A stretch of 63,911 nucleotides of DNA, the filler included, from Trypethelium eluteriae (taxonomy: Eukaryota): assembly GCA_051942245.1 (NCBI GenBank). It is 5 parts of 5 records of this genome, joined end to end, with 100 filler letters (N's around TTAATTAATTAA, not from the genome) between each part and the next. Parts side by side here need not be neighbours in the genome. Positions count along the whole stretch, not along the records: positions 38,780 to 51,578 come from JAVECL010000754.1; positions 51,679 to 63,911 come from JAVECL010000778.1; 3 more parts are not named here. One strand, 5' to 3'. Under the pieces are notes generated by a model. That model was not told the DNA's origin, searched no databases, and saw only the letters and a program-made list of their open reading frames with translations. Each line of letters begins with the position of its first letter. Positions within the stretch are counted from its first letter, which is position 1. A program made the position numbers and the translations under genes. Positions 45,883-58,973 of the stretch are shown here, one piece after another.

Positions 45883-48800
45883 TCAAAAGAGACAAAGCTC
45901 TACTATATTCCCTGAATGTGCGAGAGGATCGAGACGCTCTTTGTGAATCAGTGGCTTCTCCATGGCTGACTGGATTTTGTCAAATTTATGCGATTTTAAT
46001 CTAGCCAGGTGTGCGCCACGACCATTCGATCGAATGATTTCAAGCGTACCAAGCTCGCCCATGTAAATTCCTTTGCCCTTTCGTATCACTACATTGCCCG
46101 AACTATCTCGACTTTCAATACTATTTGCAGGTGTTAAGGGATTCAATTGAACTTGAGTTCGAAGGAAGGTGGATTTGTTTTGTCGAGGTGCTTTGCGTGG
46201 TGGGCCTTCAACATCCACCTCGTGGTCGCTGAGATGGGGTTCCGAGATCTCTGGGAATAGATCTGTATAATTTTGTATGTGGGTACTATTGATATCGTGG
46301 TCCTGTCGGACTAATTTATCCTTGCCTCTGCGCCTCGCTTCCAACTTGGTGGTGTCTTGATCGGGCATTTTGTGTCTCCTAGTGGGACACGTGCGTGCTA
46401 TCGTGCCTCGATAATCATGATAGTAGTATTCGAGGCAGTGGGAACTGATGACCGCTAGACAAGAGGTAGACTTGGTATTTGGCAACAAATCAATCCACAC
46501 ATGCTCGTTCTTATCGATCGGGATTGTGTACAAGCCTGGTGTATGTGTGAATGGCCAACAAGCGTGAAACTCGTCGTTTATCATTCCTGTAAACTCCAAA
46601 TTTGATAAGGCCGTAAGGATAGCGCCATGGATCAAAGAGTCCCGATCTTCATCCTCGAGCGTAGCGGTACATGTCGTAGCTCCTTGTTGTCCGACGTTTT
46701 GTACCTGAACAGTGGAGTGCCAACAAGACCTGACACAATCAAGCATCTCTTGTAATTCCCCGAATCGGTGATTACAGGCACTAGATCCAAAATTTCGCTT
46801 AGCAATATGACTAAAAGGAGAATCGACATTGAGGACGTAGGATCTGGTTACATCTGCTGGAGCAAGCACCGATGCTGCTTACTCATATTTCTAGCAAAAA
46901 TGTGAGGAGCTGAAGTGGTGCTAACGCTTTTTCTTCCAGGATTCCACCAGATTCTCGCATCAGAGATGCTACTTCGAGACGAGTTCAAGAAGCTACGGCA
47001 TCCCAAACCTCTGGTTTTTCCCTCCAGAGCAGTTAGAAAAACTGTTACTCACTTTGGAACTGGTATAGCACAAGAGATCCTGAGGGCCTCCCACAGCGAG
47101 ATACGTTGGGCATTTCTCGTGCAGATGCTAATCTCCAATCCGACATGGAGTGACACCACGGCGAGGACATGAGCAAGACTTCTTGCGCTTTGGACTATAG
47201 CATAGATCCGATCCTTCTGGGTTGACGCTGGTGCACTTCTGTACGTTTGAGTTGCCCCAAAGGTTACAAAGTGACCCCCGCTTATTGTACCTGCACGAGT
47301 ATTCAGCTCCCACCCTCCACCGTGTGATCCCGCTAGTACTTTATCGAAATTTCCTTGTTGTATATCCCGCTCATAGTCTCGGGGGCAGCCCAAATTGAGC
47401 TGGAGGCCAAGTCTCAGGCTATCTGGCATTCCGATCAGTAGTAAACTATTCGCACTGAATACATTTGAAGGTGGCTCCTCATGTAGGGATGCTTGTATCT
47501 CCTCCCGGCGTATCAGGTGTTCACGATGGCTCAATCTCCGCCAGTGACAGGGAATTTCCTCTTCTCGGGTGAGATACTTTCCGGTGGGTAAGCCGACTTC
47601 AACAATTTCCCCACGTTCCGTAAATAGAGAGAGCAATCCCGGTCTGTTATCGGCTTCGATTCCCCACACCGGACCCCAAAGATCTGCGAAAGCTGACACG
47701 GTTGTGGATAGAACAAATCCGTTTGAGTTGCTATCGTGTCTCATGAACAGCCAAGTTGGGCCTCCAATGAAGCTGTCAAGGCACAACAGTCGTCTCTTCC
47801 TCCACACAAAAGAAGCGCGTCCGTGGTTAAGAATCTGAATCTCTTCGGCAGATTCATAGGCTGGGTTAGGGGTAATTTCCCGACTGTGAGAGCCCGCGTA
47901 CGAGCAGATACCTACTGATATGAGGAGGTTAAGGAAGTAAAAATGTTCGAGTTTGCGATCTGACATATTGCCTACGTTCAAAGTCACAGAAGCTGGAAAG
48001 GACTCCAATTCTGTCCGATGAACTTGATCACGAGTTGGATCTGACAGGAAAAATTTCGCGCGTTGACTGAGGGCTCGCAGAGTGTCGCATGTCACAAATA
48101 TTGTTTTAGCAACCTTTGATCGAAGCTCATCCTGAACGAAGAAAGTTAGACGATGAGGCACCCTGCTGTATTTGGACGATGCACTCTTTCGGAGATTGTT
48201 GAAAGCTCTGTAGTTCCTTTCAGCTAGCCTTGACACAGCCATAAACCAGCTTTCTGTCCGATGTAGAGTACAGTCGGCCGCGAATAATCCTGGACCAGAT
48301 CTCTTAAACTGTTGAAGTACATCTTTCGTAAATGTTTCTAGCTGGAACAGCTCCTCGTCCGGCTGGAGTATGAACGCAAGTGGATCGAGTGCTTCGAGCT
48401 CTTCCTCTGAGTCCCCGTCATCGAAGACTCTTGTATCACCATTTCCCTCACTTTCATCTGACTTGAGAACAAACACAAGTGCATCGGATAACTCGAGCCC
48501 TTCGTTTGTGTCATTACTATTGGAGATTCTCCCATATTCAATTATGTCGTCTTCGTATAGTTGGAAAGTAGACAAATTTGGGCTAGGGGACCTAGGATCC
48601 TCATTTCTATCACTGGTCTCAGTGACCGAGCCATCATTTTCCCCTTCGGGAAAAGATGCAAGTCCACGGTCTGAGACAAGATCGGGAAGCGTAGGTACCG
48701 CTCTTCGCACATAATCAAATTCTATCGCCGGGCTTCCCTGACATGAAGTCAACCAGACTATAGCTCATACATTTTGATATAGCCGTTCCATTACCTTGCA

Positions 48801-48914
48801 ATTCTTACAGGCCAGATGATTACAAAAGATGCATGATGTGTAGAGATCGTTCAGAAATGGTCCATAGGAGCATGAGCAACAATACCAGAGCAGATCCTCG
48901 GGACAAATTGGCAT
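45883..48914 (-). CDS. Fungal hypothetical protein with an N-terminal Cys/His zinc-finger-like exon; junction at 46870-47050 unresolved (possible pseudogene)
   Basis: Exon 1 (48914-48795) MPICPEDLLWYCCSCSYGP..CIFCNHLACKNCK splices in frame into the 567-aa ORF (SYAGSH, FADLWGPVW, GLEISICTRNAQRISLW). A downstream 328-aa ORF is in another frame. Confidence 0.6.
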
Positions 48915-49307
48915 GTTCAAGGATCTTTTTCTTCTGATAATCACGAACTTCGTAATAGCCGACGCATGGGTCTCAGACTAAATGGACAACACCCCACAGA
49001 GACAGAAGAAGAGTAAGGGCCTTGAATACCAACAGAGCGATCTTCCAAATCTTCAAGGGAATTGTAATTATCCATTTCGAAAAGAATGCTCACGAGGAAG
49101 TGGAGTAAGTCAAAAGCAAAGAACGAAAAAAGCAAAAAGGAATCAACGTCTGCTAACTCGAGGCAGATCGCCTAGCTATGAGTTCGTCAGCAACGAAGAC
49201 GCGACAGTCACATTTACCCATGGATACCCGAATTACATGATGCCCGTTGATTTCCGACATTATCTCAAGCTCATGAAGCCCTCCAAGGCTACCTGATCAA
49301 CGTGCGA

Positions 49308-49367
49308 AGCCTCACTAATGCCATTGAATAGCCTCGCTAATGCCATTGAATAGCCTCGCTAAAGCCA
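49308..49367. repeat. 22-bp tandem repeat, about 2.7 copies
   Basis: agcctc(a/g)ctaatgccattgaat twice, plus agcctcgctaaagcca. Confidence 0.8.
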
Positions 49368-50090
49368 CCAGAAAGCTCAATCAAGCGTCAAGCCTTGGCG
49401 GGTCATTCTGAACACCTGGGAGGTAGCCTTGGCTCTGATGCAGTCAGCATAGCCAGCGCGATAATAATGCATCCGCCTGTTGGGATTCGCAAGGCAACTG
49501 ACTAGGCTGATAAGCCTTGTATTGGTCTGGCCTGCATCAGTGTATCCGACAAACCAAGAGGTGTAGCCATCAGTGCATCGTAGCCATTAGGCAAGGCATT
49601 CTCAACAGAAATGAGCTTCGTCTGTAGAGCTTTTGCTGCCGTGAGACATGCAGTAAGAATTAGTTCTCCCAACGAGGACGCATGAGTAGGATAGCATGAG
49701 GAATACGGTGACTGGGCAGGCAGGATAAGGCCTTATCCTCGCTAACGATTGCGCAAGAAGCATCTCGCCTTTTTAGTCTCAATTTCTTGTGGAGATATAT
49801 GACCAAAGCTTCTGTCGACAGAGAGACTACGGCGACTTGACCAGCATGATGTCTGGAGCCAATGTGGCTGAGACGCTTCATGCGGCCGGCAGAGTAGCAG
49901 TATTATCTTGGCCCTCCAACATCGATGATAACAACTAGCAACACCAAATGTGGCCCCCGGAGTCTGGCCAGCGTGGAATACTTCACTGCCATTGCATTAT
50001 CGCCCCATTCTAATCTGTCGCATCCGTTCTGTGTGAAATGCCTTTTTCTATTTTGCTGTAGGTGATGGTCCTCGCGCCGGTCGCATAGAA

Positions 50091-51048
50091 ATGCACCGAA
50101 ACAGCCTCCTCATCTTAGCCTCCCTGATACTTGACCTCTCGATCCTCGTCACTGCCCATCCTCTCGTGAGCCTTCGAAGCCTACACCACGCCCGCAAAGG
50201 ATCCACGCATCATGAGCGCCAGGTTCGACTTATCAAACGGCACAAACCCATTCGAACGGTTTGGGAGTATCCCGAGAACGAAGAAGGTTACAACTTTGGG
50301 GACAACATCAGGACAGACGCGCTTGCGGCACTCGACCACTTGATACCCAAGGAAGAAGGTGACAGGGACTACTGGCAATGTCATGTCTATAGCCTCACGC
50401 TTCCGAATCCTGATGAAGATGTTCCGCAGAGGAAATATAGCCAGGCATTGGCGGACGAGTTTAATAGGTTTTTCAAGGGAAAATATAGGAATCCGATAAG
50501 AAATGTGGATGGCTCGGCATCGATAATCATTGTGGCACAAATCACACATCCTGCAGATGATCACTTTTTTGCATATGTTCAAATGGTTCCGGAGAAGCCA
50601 GTATGTTGAAGTTACATCGCTGCCGGGCGATACTGACGATACTAGGGGGTCAAATTGACCATGTTCGAGCAAGCCTTTCCGAGTGGATACGGTGATAAAC
50701 CCAGCGATGGATTGGACGTCTCGTGGCGGCGTGAAGAGCTTTTTTGGGATCCAGATAGAGCGTCGGAGGAGCTACCTCCCCTAAAATATCTAGGACGAGT
50801 AAATAAACATGTTGAAAAGGAGAACAAGAAGTATTTCGATCTTGAGCACGGGAAGATTATGCAAGGGGTGTTGAATACTGGTAAGTTACATTGGCATGCC
50901 GGACTCATATTGCTTGTACTAACTCAAGTGTTTAGCGGACCGTGTAACCGAAATGAACCCCAGGTTCGATGGGAAAATGAATCGACCGCAAAACTTCCGC
51001 GATAACTTTGCGAAGGCTCTTGTCGATGAGGTTAATCCAGGACTTTGA
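50091..51048 (+). CDS. Secreted protein of about 285 aa, candidate effector; exons 50091-50600, 50646-50880, 50936-51048
   Basis: Signal peptide and basic pro-region ending LIKR (Kex2-like). Introns GTATGT..CTGAC..TAG and GTAAGT..CTAAC..TAG keep the frame to ..DEVNPGL*. Confidence 0.72.
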
Positions 51049-51444
51049 ACCCCAATAAATAAGCCTTGAATTGAAGAAGATTCCTCATAATTCTTCATGA
51101 CTATCATCGCAATCTTCGTATACCAAAGATAAAAATCTTAGAACCTCTGTTAAGTCGATTTAGAATTACTGGGTTCTTAGGAGCCGGCTTGGGCCACCAT
51201 AGGGAACCTATGATTGGAATATCTCTGCGTCGAGATGGAGTATCTACAACAACCATGGGGAGACGTCTACTGGAATTGTGCTGATCCATTACAACTATTT
51301 CCGCTTCCAAGAAAGCCTTGACGGCTATGTCCCTTTCTCTAACTCTAAAACGAAAGCCTGCCATCCCTAACCTACGACCCATATAACGAAGAACGCTCGT
51401 ATTCGCCGTCCACCAGTTAATTTTATAAACCACCATTCCTTACA

Positions 51445-51578
51445 TCAATGTACCATATCTCCCTCATACACCTTCCCACTCCGACTCAACACCGTCCCCA
51501 ACCCGCGATGCACCTCCGCCTGAAACCCCTCAAACGGCACCCTCTCCCCATCAATACTAATATACCCCTCCTCCTTAC
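51445..51578 (-). CDS. C-terminal fragment of a sphingoid long-chain base kinase (LCB4/5-like)
   Basis: KEEGYISIDGERVPFEGFQAEVHRGLGTVLSRSGKVYEGDMVH*; the rest of the gene lies beyond the contig end. Confidence 0.8.
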
Positions 51579-51678
51579 NNNNNNNNNNNNNNNNNNNNNN
51601 NNNNNNNNNNNNNNNNNNNNNNTTAATTAATTAANNNNNNNNNNNNNNNNNNNNNNNNNNNNNNNNNNNNNNNNNNNN
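51579..51678. other. Artificial contig linker
   Basis: N44-TTAATTAATTAA-N44. Confidence 0.97.
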
Positions 51679-54600
51679 CCCTCCTCCTCCTGGCGCACCT
51701 CCTGGAATGTCTGGCGCTCCCCCTCCCCCAGGCTACCGTCCTCCAACTGATCCTCAAATCGCCAAATTCGCTGCTAAAAAGAAAGAATGGCTGCGCTCGC
51801 AACGGCAACGCTTCGGCGAGAAGCGAAAGGGCGGATTTGTAGAGACGCAGAAGGCAGACATGCCGCCGGAGCATCTTCGCAAGATTGTCAAAGATATTGG
51901 GGATGTGAGCCAGAAAAAATTCAGTAGCGATAAGAGAAGCTATCTCGGCGCACTGAAATTCATGCCACATGCGGTACTAAAGCTTCTGGAAAACATGCCG
52001 ATGCCGTGGGAAAGTGCGCGAGAGGTCAAGGTACTGTATCATGTGAATGGGTGCCTGACGCTCGTGAATGAGGTACCCAGGGTTATCGAGCCCGTCTTCC
52101 ATGCGCAGTGGGCTACGATGTGGGTATGCATGCGGAGAGAAAAGAGCGACAGGAGGCATTTCAAGAGGATGCGATTCCCACCATTTGATGATGAAGAACC
52201 TCCGCTGTCTTGGTCGGAGAATATCGAGGATGTGGAACCCTTGGAACCAATTCAGATGGAACTGGATGAGAATGAAGACGGTCCAGTCGTTGAATGGTTC
52301 TATGAGCATCGACCGCTGCTGGATTCTTCTCACGTCAATGGCCCTAGCTACAAGCTATGGAATCTGACGTTGCCACAGATGGCCACGCTATATCGGCTAA
52401 GTCATCAGCTTCTAAGCGATCTGGTGGACAGAAATTATTTTCATATGTTTGACCTTCCAAGCTTCATGACTGCCAAGTCATTAAACGTTGCGATACCCGG
52501 CGGACCGCGCTTCGAGCCTCTCTACAAAGATGTCGATCCGAACGATGAAGACTTCGGCGAATTCAACGCTATCGACCGCATAATCTTCCGCGCACCTATC
52601 CGAACCGAATACCGCGTCTCTTTCCCTTTCTTGTATAATTCAATGCCCAGGAGTGTCAAGGTTTCGTGGTACTCCTATCCACAAATCGTCTACGTTCGCG
52701 CGGAAGACCCTAGCCTTCCGGCTTTCTATTTCGACCCTGTAATTAATCCCATTTCTTCCCGCTCTGTCGCTCCGAAGAATATCACGATTAGCCATGAAGA
52801 CGAGGTCTTTGGCCATGGAAACATGGAAGACGATGAGTTTGAACTTCCAGGCCAGGTTCAGCCATTCCTTGCAGGCGAGGAGCTTTACACCGAGGATACT
52901 GCGTCTGCGATTGCGCTTTGGTGGGCTCCTTATCCGTTCGACAGGCGTTCTGGTCGCATGATACGTGCGCAAGATGTGCCTCTGGTCAAGCAGTGGTATC
53001 TCGAGCATGTTCCACAAGGCCAGCCGGTGAAGGTGCGAGTGTCGTACCAGAAGCTGCTCAAGTCATATGTCCTAAATGAACTGCACTCAAAGCCGCCCAA
53101 GGACTTGAACAAACAAAATCTCATGCGCTCCTTGAGAGGCACGAAATTCTTCCAGCAGACGACTATTGATTGGGTCGAAGCTGGTTTACAAGTTTGTCGG
53201 CAAGGGTTCAATATGTTGAACCTTCTCATTCATCGCAAGAACCTAACGTACCTCCATCTGGACTACAATTTCAACCTAAAGCCCATCAAGACTTTGACAA
53301 CGAAGGAACGGAAGAAGTCACGTTTCGGAAATGCATTCCATTTGATGCGGGAAATCCTGCGATTGACCAAGCTTATCGTGGATGCTCAAGTTCAGTATCG
53401 TCTGGGCAACATTGATGCGTTCCAACTTGCAGACGGCATTCACTATGCCTTCAATCACGTCGGCCAGCTTACTGGTATGTACCGCTACAAGTACAAACTC
53501 ATGCATCAAATCCGGTCCTGCAAGGATTTGAAGCATCTCATCTACTATCGCTTCAACTCCGGCCCTGTCGGTAAGGGTCCTGGCTGTGGCTTCTGGGCAC
53601 CTGCTTGGCGTGTGTGGCTCTTCTTCATGCGTGGTATCATCCCGCTTCTGGAACGATGGCTGGGCAACCTGTTATCTCGTCAATTCGAAGGTCGTCATTC
53701 CAAGGGTGTTGCGAAGACAGTCACGAAGCAACGTGTTGAGTCCCACTTTGATCTCGAGCTCCGGGCTTCAGTCATGGCAGACTTGATGGACATGATGCCT
53801 GAAGGTGTCAAGCAGAATAAAGTAAACACCGTCTTACAGCACCTTTCCGAGGCATGGCGATGCTGGAAGTCAAACATTCCTTGGAAGGTACCTGGGTTGC
53901 CTGCACCAATTGAAAACATTATCTTGCGCTATGTCAAGAGCAAAGCTGATTGGTGGATCTCTGTCGCACATTACAACCGCGAACGGATTCGGAGAGGTGC
54001 AACGGTGGACAAGACGGTCGCAAAGAAGAATCTTGGCCGTTTGACGCGACTGTGGCTGAAGGCCGAGCAAGAACGTCAACACAATTACATGAAGGATGGC
54101 CCATATGTCTCTTCCGAAGAAGCTGTCGCCATTTATACCACGACTGTCCACTGGCTTGAATCACGACAATTTCAGCCTATCCCCTTCCCCAGCGTCTCCT
54201 ACAAGCATGATACTAAGATCCTGATCCTTGCTCTTGAGCGTCTTCGCGAAGCATACTCCGTCAAGGGTCGATTGAATCAAAGTCAACGTGAGGAATTGGC
54301 ACTCATTGAACAAGCATATGACTCTCCGGGCACCACGCTCGCACGAATCAAGCGTTTCCTACTTACGCAGCGTGCTTTCAAGGAAGTCGGCATTGACATG
54401 AATGACAACTATAGCAGTATCAATCCGGTCTACGATATTGAGCCAATAGAGAAAATTACGGATGCCTACCTTGACCAATACCTATGGTACCAAGCTGATC
54501 AGCGCCACCTCTTTCCTGCTTGGATCAAGCCTTCCGATTCCGAAGTACCTCCTCTTCTCACATACAAGTGGGCACAGGGCATCAACAACCTTGGCAAAGT

Positions 54601-55609
54601 TTGGGAGACAGCTGACGGAGAATGCAATGTCATGATTGAGACGCAACTATCCAAGGTGTATGAGAAGATTGATCTGACACTTCTTCAACGTCTTCTCCGT
54701 CTCATTATGGATCACAATTTGGCAGACTACATTACAGCAAAGAACAATGTTCAACTCAATTACAAGGACATGAATCATACCAACGGCTACGGGATGATCC
54801 GCGGTCTGCAATTCTCCGGCTTTGTCTTCCAATATTATGGCTTGGTCATCGATCTACTGCTGCTCGGCTTGCAACGTGCTTCCGAGATTGCCGGTCCTCC
54901 GAAGAGTCCAAATGATTTCCTGCAGTTCCGAGACCGTGAGACGGAGAGCAAGCATCCTATTCGCCTCTACACAAGATACATCGATCGCATCTGGGTGTTC
55001 TTCCGGTTCACTGCTGATGAGTCGAGAGACCTTATTCAGCGTTTCCTCACCGAACAGCCCGATCCAAATTTCGAGAATGTCATTGGATACCGCAACAAGA
55101 AGTGCTGGCCGCGCGATTCTAGGATGCGCTTGATGAGACACGATGTCAATCTTGGTCGGGCAGTCTTCTGGGATCTAAAAAACCGGTTGCCACGGTCTGT
55201 AACAACCATCGAATGGGATGATACTTTTGCCAGCGTTTATAGCCGTGACAATCCCAACCTCCTGTTCTCTATGTCTGGTTTCGAAGTTCGCATTCTGCCA
55301 AAGATTCGCAATCAAAACGACGAATTTCCCGTCAAGGATAGTGTATGGTCACTCGTGGACAGCACGACCAAGGAGCGTACTGCGCACGCCTTCTTACAAG
55401 TGACGGAGGAAGACATCCAAAAATTCAACAATCGGATCCGACAGATCCTCATGTCTTCTGGGTCCACGACATTCACCAAGATTGCTAACAAATGGAACAC
55501 AAGTCTGATCGCGTTGTTCACATATTATCGTGAGGCTGCCGTTTCAACCGTCAACTTATTGGATACCATTGTGAAGTGCGAGACGAAGATACAGACTCGT
55601 GTCAAGATT

Positions 55610-55641
<32 letters not shown>

Positions 55642-58600
55642 GCCAGCCGTCTTCTATACACCAAAAGAGCTTGGTGGTCTTGGTATGATCTCAGGCTCCC
55701 ACATTCTCATTCCAACAAGCGACAAGCGTTGGTCCAAACAGACCGATACCGGTGTCACGCATTACCGTGCAGGCATGTCTCATGACGAGGAGACCCTCAT
55801 ACCAAATATTTTCCGCTACATCATTCCCTGGGAGGCCGAGTTCATCGACTCTCAACGTGTGTGGACAGAATATTCTCAGAAGCGGCTAGAAGCTAACCAG
55901 CAGAATCGACGCCTTACCCTTGAGGATCTTGAGGATAGTTGGGATCGTGGTCTTCCGCGTATCAATACGTTGTTTCAAAAAGATCGCAGCACGCTCAGCT
56001 TCGACAAAGGATTCCGTGCTCGCACTGAGTTCAAGACATATCAGCATATGAAGAGCAATCCTTTCTGGTGGACCAGTCAGCGTCATGATGGCAAGCTCTG
56101 GAACCTCAACGCTTACCGTACCGATGTCATTCAAGCTCTTGGTGGTGTAGAAACCATCCTCGAGCACACCTTATTCAAGGCGACAGCTTTTCCGTCCTGG
56201 GAGGGTCTCTTTTGGGAAAAAGCCAGCGGTTTTGAAGGTATGGAAACCATATTTGGACAAATATGTCCGGGCACTCCCCAGCAAATTTCACACGCCAGCG
56301 AGCGGACACTTTTTGCATGACTGTATTGTCTGATATCAGAGTCCGGGCAACCCCCAGCAATTTTTTCCCGCGTCATCCCCAGCAATTTTTCCGCTTCAGC
56401 GAGCAGACACTTTTTTTCGCTTAACTGTATTGTCTAATGAAGCTAACATTCGTTCAGAGTCTATGAAATTCAAGAAGCTCACCAATGCCCAACGATCTGG
56501 TCTCAATCAGATCCCGAACCGACGTTTCACGCTCTGGTGGTCCCCAACGATCAATCGCGCCAATGTCTACGTTGGTTTCCAGGTTCAGCTTGATTTGACA
56601 GGCATCTTTTTGCACGGCAAGATCCCAACTCTGAAGATTTCACTCATTCAGATCTTCCGAGCTCACTTGTGGCAAAAGATTCACGAGTCCGTTGTCATGG
56701 ATCTGTGTCAAGTGTTTGATCAGGAGTTGGAGGCCTTGGGCATTGAGACGGTGCAGAAGGAGACCATCCATCCTAGGAAGTCGTACAAGATGAATAGCTC
56801 TTGCGCTGACATCTTGCTCTTCGCTAGTCACAAATGGAGTGTGTCAACACCCTCTTTACTCTACGACACCAAGGACAACATGGGTGCGAACACGACGAAC
56901 AAATTCTGGATTGATGTGCAGCTCCGGTATGGTGACTACGACTCGCATGATATTGAAAGATATACTCGCGCCAAGTTCATGGACTACACACAAGACAGCA
57001 TGAGCATTTATCCTTCTGCTACCGGTCTTATGATTGGCATTGATCTTGCTTATAATCTCTATTCTGCCTACGGAATGTATTTTCCTGGTCTGAAGCAGTT
57101 GGTTCAGCAAGCAATGGCAAAGATCATGAAGGCAAATCCTGCGCTGTATGTTTTGCGTGAGCGTATTCGAAAGGGTCTTCAGCTGTACGCTTCGGAGAGC
57201 AACCAGGAATTCTTGAACTCGCAGAATTATTCTGAGCTTTTCAGCAATCAGATCCAGCTTTTCATCGACGATACCAACGTTTATCGCGTGACCATTCACA
57301 AGACATTTGAAGGCAACTTGACGACGAAGCCAATCAATGGCGCAATCTTCATTTTCAACCCACGCACAGGTCAATTGTTCCTTAAGATTATCCACACAAG
57401 CGTCTGGGCGGGACAAAAGCGTCTTGGTCAACTAGCAAAATGGAAGACTGCAGAAGAGGTCGCTGCACTGATCCGATCCCTACCCGTAGAAGAACAGCCC
57501 AAGCAACTCATCGTTACTCGAAAGGGTCTATTGGATCCTCTTGAAGTTCATCTCCTTGACTTCCCGAACATTTCAATCCGTGCCTCCGAGCTGCAGCTAC
57601 CCTTCCAAGCTGCCATGAAAGTCGAGAAGCTTGGTGATCTGATCCTGCGTGCGACTGAGCCACAGATGGTCCTTCTCAACCTTTACGACGAATGGACGAA
57701 GACAATCTCGTCCTACACCTGCTTCTCCCGCCTCATCCTCATCCTACGCGCCCTGCATGTCAATCAAGACAAGACGAAACTCATTCTCCGACCGGACAAG
57801 ACTGTCATTACGCAGGAGCATCATATCTGGCCTACTTTGTCGGACGAAGACTGGATCAAAGTCGAATTGCAGCTCCGCGATCTCATTCTCAATGACTATG
57901 GCAAGCGAAATAATGTCACCACAAGTTCTCTTACTCAGTCTGAAGTTCGCGATATTATCCTTGGTATGGAAATATCAGCTCCGTCGATGCAGCGTCAACA
58001 GGCTGCAGAGATCGAAAAACAGCAACAAGAGCAACAGCAACTCACTGCAGTCACGACAAAGACGCAGAACGTCCATGGCGAAGATATCATCGTGACCACG
58101 ACGTCACAGTTCGAGCAGCAAACGTTTGCATCCAAGACGGAATGGCGCTCGCGCGCCCTCGCCACTTCAAACCTCCGTACCCGAGCCAATAATATCTATA
58201 TCTCCTCTGACGACCTTAACGAGAGCGACGATAGCTTCACATACATTATGCCCAAGAATATCCTCCGTCGCTTCATCACCATCGCGGACCTTCGCGTCCA
58301 GGTAGCCGGTTACCTCTACGGCTCCAGTCCCAAGGACGCAAAACAGATCAAAGAAGTCAAATGCATTGTCATGGTTCCCCAACTCGGCTCAACAACCTCC
58401 GTCTCCCTACCGCATCAGCTCCCTCTCAGCACCAACAACAACGAGTTCCTCCGCGACCTCGAGCCTCTCGGCTGGATCCACACACTTGCTGGCTCCGAGC
58501 CCCACGCCCTCGGCGCCCCCGACGTGACGCAACACGCCAAACTGATGAACCGCCACTCCTCCTGGGACCGGCAAACCGTCACCATGACCGTCTCCTTCAC

Positions 58601-58973
58601 CCCCGGCTCCGTCAGCCTTTCCGCCTTCGCCCTCACGCCGCACGGCTACAAGTGGGGCGCCGAGAACCGCGACACCTCCTCCACCGACCCGCCCGGCTTC
58701 AATCCCGGCGCCTACTCCGAGAAGGCGCAGCTGCTGCTCAGCGATCGGATCCGCGGCTTCTTCCTCACGCCTGTCGAGGACGGCCGGTGGAACTACGCGT
58801 GGTTGGGTGCGGCGTTTGGGAATTTTGCGAGGGAGGGCGGTGGTGGGGATAAAGTGGAGGTGGCGCTGGATACGCCGAAGAGATATTATGATGAGGGGCA
58901 TCGGCCAGTGCACTTTAGGAATTTTGCGGAGTTGGAGGATGTCTGGGTGGATCGGAGTGACAACTTTGAGTGA
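51679..58973 (+). CDS. PRP8: Pre-mRNA splicing factor Prp8, intein-free allele; intron 56238-56457; true start may lie upstream of the contig edge
   Basis: Unmistakable Prp8 sequence ([34 protein letters not shown], RNase H-like and Jab1/MPN regions). Intron GTATGG..GCTAAC..CAG. Confidence 0.98.
56247..56429. mobile_element. Two tandem copies (56247-56325 and partial 56341-56429) of an ~80-bp MITE-like element inside the PRP8 intron
   Basis: Shared core gtccgggca.(c/t)ccccagcaa.ttt..cagcgagc(g/a)gacacttttt..actgta; homologous to 63528-63606. Confidence 0.75.

Noticed and set aside
49308..49367. Short direct repeats as a CRISPR-like array
   Set aside because: Head-to-tail with no spacers, in a eukaryote; a simple tandem duplication.
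38780..51578. Starship-type giant element (NLR and orphan cargo)
   Set aside because: No DUF3435 tyrosine recombinase or element boundary visible.
56210..56237. PRP8 intein
   Set aside because: FWEKA continues directly into SGFE; no Hint or endonuclease sequence is present.
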